In this document: in pieces, positions 6,704-11,465 of the stretch
Position numbering within the stretch: the stretch's first letter is position 1
How the letters are laid out: each line of letters opens with the position of its first letter
From: Nanobdellota archaeon
GTDB lineage: Archaea > Nanobdellota > Nanobdellia > Woesearchaeales > JAHWHD01
NCBI GenBank assembly: GCA_034722435.1
Contig: JAYENX010000038.1
Coordinates: 1-11,465, forward strand
Direction: 5' to 3'
DNA length: 11,465 bases
Notes under the pieces: model-generated
What the model was told of the DNA's origin: nothing
What the model saw: only the letters and a program-made list of their open reading frames with translations
Database searches by the model: none
Made by a program: the position numbers and the translations under genes

Positions 6704-7429
6704 ATGAAAGGTTACCAAAATGTTAAAGGGAGTAATATAGTTTTGGCAAGTAGAGGTACTTATCGTTTAGCAGGGGATAAGTATAAACGAGTTCTTTTAA
6801 TGACTAAATATACTGATGCAACAGAGTTTGAAATATTGAATGCGTTGAGTAGTGCTGCTGATAATGTGATGTTTGGTCATGATGATGAATTTGGTGCTCT
6901 TGAAAAATGTATTGTAGAGTTTCAGCCAGAGGTGTGGGATGAATTAGCTAATGATCCTGTAGAACTTTTGGAAAGGCTTGATATTAGTATTGATGTTGGT
7001 GATGCTGAAGTTTTGATGATGAAGTTAGGGGTTGTCTCTCCTGATATATTGAGATATGCTCGGCAACATTATAATGATTCTTTTTTGTATAAAGAACTTT
7101 TTATGGGTGGACAACCTCCCGGACAGGAGATTTGCGGAGTAAAAGTTTATCTTCAAGAAAATATGTTGCCTTTGCCTGATATGGTTAATATGCTTTTAGC
7201 ATGTGGAGTTAGGAAATCAGATGTGTTAGATATTTCTGGAGATTATTATTTCGCTGAAGATTTGGTTGATAATTTTTATGAATTTGAGGATATAAATAAT
7301 GTGGGAGATTCGAGTGATTATTTTTTACTAGAAGATTGTGCAAAAGTTTTAGCGTGTATAGATGAAAGATTGGTTGTTGATGATGGTAGTGAAGACCCTG
7401 TTGATAGAGATGAAGTTGCTGTAAATTAA
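6704..7429 (+). CDS. acidic hypothetical protein (~241 aa)
   Basis: Long ORF with resident codon style. Start moved from TTG 6695 to ATG 6704 on TATA spacing. Hand count gives about 48 D/E versus about 20 K/R. Confidence 0.8.
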   Translation: MKGYQNVKGSNIVLASRGTYRLAGDKYKRVLLMTKYTDATEFEILNALSSAADNVMFGHDDEFGALEKCIVEFQPEVWDELANDPVELLERLDISIDVGDAEVLMMKLGVVSPDILRYARQHYNDSFLYKELFMGGQPPGQEICGVKVYLQENMLPLPDMVNMLLACGVRKSDVLDISGDYYFAEDLVDNFYEFEDINNVGDSSDYFLLEDCAKVLACIDERLVVDDGSEDPVDRDEVAVN

Positions 7430-7434
7430 TAACA

Positions 7435-7442
7435 TTTATATA
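7435..7442 (+). promoter_or_regulatory. TATA box (TTTATATA), leaderless spacing to ATG 7465
   Basis: Perfect consensus with a 22-nt gap to the ATG. Confidence 0.6.
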
Positions 7443-7464
7443 TTTCATTGTAGTATTTCTTATT

Positions 7465-7659
7465 ATGACTGATTTGTATGATGATTGGAAATCGCATGTG
7501 AAGAAAGAACTTTCTGAGCTAAAGGATTTAGATAATACTAAAGTGGAGGCTAAATGTCCGAAATGTTTGACATTTAATCTGGAGTTCGATCCTTCGACTG
7601 GTAAAGTTCATTGTAAGAATTGCGGGTATGAAGATTATATAATTAAGGTTATGAAATAA
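7465..7659 (+). CDS. small zinc-ribbon protein (TFIIB/TFB-type ribbon), 64 aa
   Basis: CPKC-x15-CKNCG with LEFDPSTGKVHC, resembling the TFB N-terminal ribbon pattern CPxCG...L.YD..RGE..CxxCG. Confidence 0.85.
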   Translation: MTDLYDDWKSHVKKELSELKDLDNTKVEAKCPKCLTFNLEFDPSTGKVHCKNCGYEDYIIKVMK

Positions 7660-7664
7660 TAACC

Positions 7665-7709
7665 TTTAAATACCCTTTAATTCTTTCTTACTTTATAATA
7701 TTGAGGTGA
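7665..7709 (+). promoter_or_regulatory. TATA box (TTTAAATA, 7665-7672) and SD (GAGGTGA, 7703-7709) of the NYN gene
   Basis: Archaeal consensus elements; the SD lies 6 nt before ATG 7716. Confidence 0.65.
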
Positions 7710-7715
7710 AAATAT

Positions 7716-8330
7716 ATGAAATCGTTACAACATAAAGATCAAAAAGTGGCAATATTGATAGATGTTCAAAATATGTATTATTCTGCTAAGCACATGTTTC
7801 AGGCTAAGGTTAACTTTAAAGAGATTTTGAAAACTGCTGTAGCTGGAAGAAGGTTAATAAGAGCTATTGCGTATACTATTGAAGCGGATATAAAGGGTGA
7901 AGATATTTTTCATAAAGCTCTTGAAAATGTAGGTATTGAAGTTAAGAGTAAAGGTTTGCAAACTTTTATTGGTGGTACTAAGAAGGGTGATTGGGATATT
8001 GGTTTGGCAATGGATGCTGTTCGTTTAGCGAATAAAGTTGATACTTTAGTTATCGTATCAGGGGATGGAGATTTTAAAGATCTTTTGATTTATCTAAAAA
8101 CGCACGGTGTAAGAACTGAGATAATTGCTTTCTCAAGGACTGCTTCAAAATTGATTAAAGTTGAAGCGGATTTGTTTGTTGATATGGAACTTAATAAGAA
8201 AAAGTATCTTATGCCTATGAAGCCTTCAACAAGAAAACCTTCTTTGAAGAAAGTTGTTAAACCTGTTGCACCTCAAGCATTGCCAAAAATGGCGGGTGCT
8301 AAAAAAGGTCCTGTTTTTGTGCCTAAGTAA
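7716..8330 (+). CDS. NYN domain protein (LabA/DUF88 family, PIN-like fold), putative RNase
   Basis: VAILIDVQNMYY, KKGDWDIGLAMD, IVSGDGDF, LIKVEADLFVD, with the acidic catalytic set apparently intact. Basic Pro/Lys-rich C-terminal tail. Confidence 0.9.
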   Translation: MKSLQHKDQKVAILIDVQNMYYSAKHMFQAKVNFKEILKTAVAGRRLIRAIAYTIEADIKGEDIFHKALENVGIEVKSKGLQTFIGGTKKGDWDIGLAMDAVRLANKVDTLVIVSGDGDFKDLLIYLKTHGVRTEIIAFSRTASKLIKVEADLFVDMELNKKKYLMPMKPSTRKPSLKKVVKPVAPQALPKMAGAKKGPVFVPK

Positions 8331-9006
8331 GTTTAACAGCTGTAACAAATTTGAAATAGTTGCTGTTAATGTAAGATTTAGTGTCTTTGACAGAAATTAT
8401 TAAATCTGATTGGTAAGGGATGATTGAGATATCAACATCTTGTTGAGATGCTTTAGTAAGGTCTATCCATTCGGTTTGTTTTCTTAAATCTTTTATTATA
8501 GAATGTACGTGGCCAAGTCGAGTTGAAGACTTTGCTTGGAAATGTTCTATCTTTTTTGAGGTTTGACCTTTTACTATTGTGATAGGAAGATTAACGTCTA
8601 CTAATACGACCTTGTCGTTGATAGATGATTCTGCTGTTGCAGGTTCTAGAGAAATGGAGTACCCAAAACTTTCGAACATGGAAATATTTATACATTTAGG
8701 GAGTCCTTGTTCTACGAACTTGTTTAATTCTTGTTGCATTATTGGTTTTTCTGGAAGGTCGTATGATATTTTCTGGTAAGATGTTTGTAAAAAGTTGGTT
8801 GGATAGATATATCCTCCTTGTAAAGATAAAAGGTTGAGACCGTCATTAGTTACATCTTTAACGCATTGTTGAACGAAGCTTTCGATATCTGACATGCTTT
8901 TCTCTGATGTGGACCTAGGGAATTGGTACAGGAATAGTATTGTGAAACCTAGTAACATTATTATTACACCGATTGTGATGAATATTGTCATTTGTCCTTT
9001 TTTCAT
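8323..9006 (-). CDS. archaeal class III signal peptide (type IV pilin-like) membrane/surface protein
   Basis: N-terminus MKKG|QMTIFITIGVIIMLLGFTILFLY: basic residues, G|Q prepilin-peptidase site, then a hydrophobic helix. Confidence 0.8.
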   Translation of the reverse strand: MKKGQMTIFITIGVIIMLLGFTILFLYQFPRSTSEKSMSDIESFVQQCVKDVTNDGLNLLSLQGGYIYPTNFLQTSYQKISYDLPEKPIMQQELNKFVEQGLPKCINISMFESFGYSISLEPATAESSINDKVVLVDVNLPITIVKGQTSKKIEHFQAKSSTRLGHVHSIIKDLRKQTEWIDLTKASQQDVDISIIPYQSDLIISVKDTKSYINSNYFKFVTAVKLT

Positions 9007-10646
9007 TCTAAATACCTTTCAAATGGTTCAGTTGTAAGTTCTTCAAGTTCTTGGTTTATGCTTGGACTGTTGTACCCAAATATTCTTGTATTTTCTTGAT
9101 ATAGAATGTTATTTATGAATTCAACAGCGGGTGTTGTTGGAAGCAGGTTTGTAGTGTAAACTTGAATTATGTTTTCTGAAGATGAAAATAAAGGTTCAAC
9201 TTGTACATGTCTTCCTTGATTGTTCTCTTTTATAGTGAACTGGCCTGCGTTTGTTATTGTATGTTCTGTTAATGATTCTGCTTCGATTGTGAATCTCTTT
9301 ATAGTATTGAAATCGTTGTCAAGTTCAATGGTTGTAATGGTGTTGGGATCTTCGGATATGTAAAGGTCGGTATCTTTTGAGTATTCGGCTTTGCCTTTGA
9401 TGACTATCTTTTTTTCTATTAAGTCGATGAAACCGTCAACATCTATATAATCTGGTTCAGTAACGCTTTTTCTGACTCTTAACTTGAAATCTTGGTTGAA
9501 CTTGATTGAGAATGATCTGGCGGCTTTATTCCTGTCAGTGTATGTATATTTTGAACCTTTGGCTGCTTCTAGATATTCAATGCCGTCTTCTTCATTATAA
9601 ACAATTTTAGAGTTTCCTTTCGTGATTAAGTTTTCGACAAAGTTGAAAGTAGTAAAGTCGAGTTCTGTGTTTGAAGTTATTACAGTTATTTTTTTACCTA
9701 TTTTGTAAGAGTTTACAATAGCGTCAAAGTCTAAGGTTCTAAATTGGATAAGGTTGTTAATGTTACCTCTTATATCTTTGCCTAGTTTAAGTTTTGTTTG
9801 TGAACCTTGAAAATCTATTTCTACGCCTACCATGTTATCAATGTTTTCAAGTCTGATAGCTGTAGTTGCCCCTGGTATAATCATTACGTTATCGTCAGCT
9901 ATTGATGAGGTTTTAAGATATTTTAGTTTGCCGTTGGAGTCGGTTCGTGCTTCGGTGCCGTCTATTTGTCTTAGAGCTATCTCGCCGTTGTTGAATAAGA
10001 CTGCTGATGTTTCTGTAAATGAGAGCGCTCTATCAGGTGAACCTCTATCATCTATACTTGTTGATCTTCCGACTGAAATGGTTCTCTGGTTAAGGTTCGC
10101 GAGAAGGTTTGCGTAACCTGCTATGAATGTTTGGCCGATTCTTGCGCCGTTTCCTTGTAAGGATTCCAGAATGAATTCGTTATTTATTTTTTTAAGGCTT
10201 AAATCTTTAGCAAGGTCGAGTTGGAATGATTCGCCTAAAGATTCAGGGCCAGTTATCATATTAACGTTTGCTGCATTTTCTATAGTTCCATCTTTGTTTA
10301 TTTGGATGTTTTCTCCATTGTTTACTTGAATGCCTGTAGTTGTGGTTGCTTCATCTAAATTTGAAAATTCCATATTTCCATTTTCATCAACATCGATCTG
10401 ACTATTTTCTTTTACTGAAGCTTGAGAAACTCCGTTAATAGTTTCAGTTGTAGAAGAAGTTTCTGTTGCAGTTACTGATCCTTGTTGTCCATCTTGAAGA
10501 TTTCCTAAGTCTCCGAAAGGGTCATCGGTTCTTATTCCTTCGTATGCAGTTGAAGGTGCATTAGGATCAGGGGGATCTGCTGATACTTGGAATCCTATAC
10601 AAATTAATAAGAATATTACTATCAATGTTGAAATCTTTAAATTCAT
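9003..10646 (-). CDS. large secreted beta-rich cell-surface protein (547 aa), function unknown
   Basis: Sec signal peptide MNLKISTLIVIFLLICIGFQVSA|D, a T/N/D/G-rich N-terminal region and alternating hydrophobic beta-strand patterns. No C-terminal TM helix. 4-nt overlap with the pilin-like gene. Confidence 0.8.
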   Translation of the reverse strand: MNLKISTLIVIFLLICIGFQVSADPPDPNAPSTAYEGIRTDDPFGDLGNLQDGQQGSVTATETSSTTETINGVSQASVKENSQIDVDENGNMEFSNLDEATTTTGIQVNNGENIQINKDGTIENAANVNMITGPESLGESFQLDLAKDLSLKKINNEFILESLQGNGARIGQTFIAGYANLLANLNQRTISVGRSTSIDDRGSPDRALSFTETSAVLFNNGEIALRQIDGTEARTDSNGKLKYLKTSSIADDNVMIIPGATTAIRLENIDNMVGVEIDFQGSQTKLKLGKDIRGNINNLIQFRTLDFDAIVNSYKIGKKITVITSNTELDFTTFNFVENLITKGNSKIVYNEEDGIEYLEAAKGSKYTYTDRNKAARSFSIKFNQDFKLRVRKSVTEPDYIDVDGFIDLIEKKIVIKGKAEYSKDTDLYISEDPNTITTIELDNDFNTIKRFTIEAESLTEHTITNAGQFTIKENNQGRHVQVEPLFSSSENIIQVYTTNLLPTTPAVEFINNILYQENTRIFGYNSPSINQELEELTTEPFERYLE

Positions 10647-10652
10647 AACTTT

Positions 10653-10692
10653 ACCTCTTTTTAAATAAAAAATAGTTATTTCTATATATAAA
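10653..10692 (-). promoter_or_regulatory. TATA box (TTTATATA, 10692-10685) and SD (GAGGT, 10657-10653) of the 547-aa gene
   Basis: Consensus elements on the minus strand; the SD lies 6 nt before the ATG. Confidence 0.6.
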
Positions 10693-10706
10693 TCTTATTA
10701 TTAGAA

Positions 10707-11330
10707 TTAGTCACTTTTGTGTATTAGTTGTTCTAATCTAGATTTCCAAATTTTTACTTGATTATCATTTGGTTTTAATTGAAGATATTTTATTACATGT
10801 TTATGTGCTTCATTAAATCTTCTATTTCTAATCATAAGGTGAGCCACATTTCTTTGAGCTGAAGCTAATTTTGGATTGATTTTTAGAGCTTTTTGATAAA
10901 ATAATAATTCTTTAATTCTATTTCCTTTTTTACCATATGTAATGGCTAAATTATTATGAGCTAAGGCATATTTTGGATTTAATTTAATAGCATTTTGAAA
11001 TGCATTTATTGCTTCATCTAATTTGCCAAGTTTAGTAAATACTCCGCCTATTTCATTGTGAATTTCTGGATTTGTACTGTTTTCATAAGGTCTAAGTAAT
11101 TTTAATGATTTGGTAGGTTTACCACTTAAATTATAACTTCTAGCTTTACTTAAATCGTCTAACTCGCCACCCATAACAGTTCCTACTAAGCTTAATCCTG
11201 CTACTATGACTGCACTTTGTGCGGCTTTTTTAAGAAATGTTCTACGTGATGGGTCAAAAGAATCTTGAGAATACCATGCTTTCAAGCCTTCGTATGCGCT
11301 TTCTGCATATTGTTTTATATCTTCTATCAT
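10707..11330 (-). CDS. TPR-repeat protein with twin-arginine (Tat)-like N-terminal signal
   Basis: SRRTFLK followed by the hydrophobic stretch AAQSAVIVAGLSLVGTVMG, then three 34-aa TPR units. Confidence 0.88.
   Translation of the reverse strand: MIEDIKQYAESAYEGLKAWYSQDSFDPSRRTFLKKAAQSAVIVAGLSLVGTVMGGELDDLSKARSYNLSGKPTKSLKLLRPYENSTNPEIHNEIGGVFTKLGKLDEAINAFQNAIKLNPKYALAHNNLAITYGKKGNRIKELLFYQKALKINPKLASAQRNVAHLMIRNRRFNEAHKHVIKYLQLKPNDNQVKIWKSRLEQLIHKSD
10764..11069 (-). repeat. three tandem TPR motifs (aa ~88-189)
   Basis: 34-residue periodicity: AIKLNPK, ALKINPK, YLQLKPN, with TPR small/large residue patterns (IGGVFTKLGKLDEA; LAITYGKKGN). Confidence 0.85.
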
Positions 11331-11421
11331 GTTTCCCCATTATATATTATGTTCTTTAATCTATATAACTCTTTCCATATATAAAACTTATTGTGTTTGT
11401 AACTGTATGGGGACAGTTATA

Positions 11422-11465
11422 TTTATAAATGCATGGAGCTAGTAAGGTATTGGGGGAAGTATGAA
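11422..11465 (+). promoter_or_regulatory. TATA box (TTTATAAA, 11422-11429), G-rich SD (11452-11457) and probable ATG (11461) of the next + gene
   Basis: Same architecture as other SD-led genes here; the CDS would run off the window edge. Confidence 0.45.

Noticed and set aside
7209-7448. 79-aa antisense ORF
   Set aside because: Its H/Q/N/L-rich composition mirrors the acidic sense gene.
1-8330. Interpreting MPP + trypsin + HIT + NYN as a known anti-phage defence island
   Set aside because: No sensor, cyclase, NLR ATPase or other hallmark defence gene. The protease has an export signal, and housekeeping trxB sits in the middle.
8579-10329. Three short + strand ORFs (66, 94 and 68 aa) opposite the surface-protein genes
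   Set aside because: Antisense shadows with no SD, promoter or motif.
1-11465. CRISPR array, tRNA/rRNA, IS element or integrase
   Set aside because: I found no regularly spaced direct repeats, cloverleaf or T-loop motifs, terminal inverted repeats, or transposase/recombinase motifs by eye.

Overview
AT-rich archaeal chromosomal DNA, most likely DPANN (Woesearchaeota-like). This is an inference from archaeal TATA boxes, GAGGTGA Shine-Dalgarno (SD) sites, a KKGQ class III signal peptide and dense gene packing. 1-4414 (+) is a chain of overlapping genes: end of an upstream CDS, a 189-aa orphan, an ~818-aa protein built from two tandem calcineurin-like metallophosphoesterase (MPP) folds, a 52-aa ORF missing from the supplied track, a secreted HtrA-like trypsin protease and a 76-aa Cys-rich protein. 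In the MPP protein the N-terminal copy is degenerate and carries a long coiled-coil insertion, while the C-terminal copy keeps metal ligands. Next come a tandem HIT-fold protein (-) lacking the catalytic His in both domains, thioredoxin reductase, an acidic orphan, a stand-alone TFB-type zinc ribbon and a NYN/LabA-DUF88 protein. The window ends with a minus-strand cell-surface cluster: pilin-like protein, large secreted protein and twin-arginine TPR protein. I saw no rRNA, tRNA, CRISPR array or mobile element. The best novelty candidates are the tandem-MPP operon and the double pseudo-HIT protein. Residue numbers follow the supplied translations.
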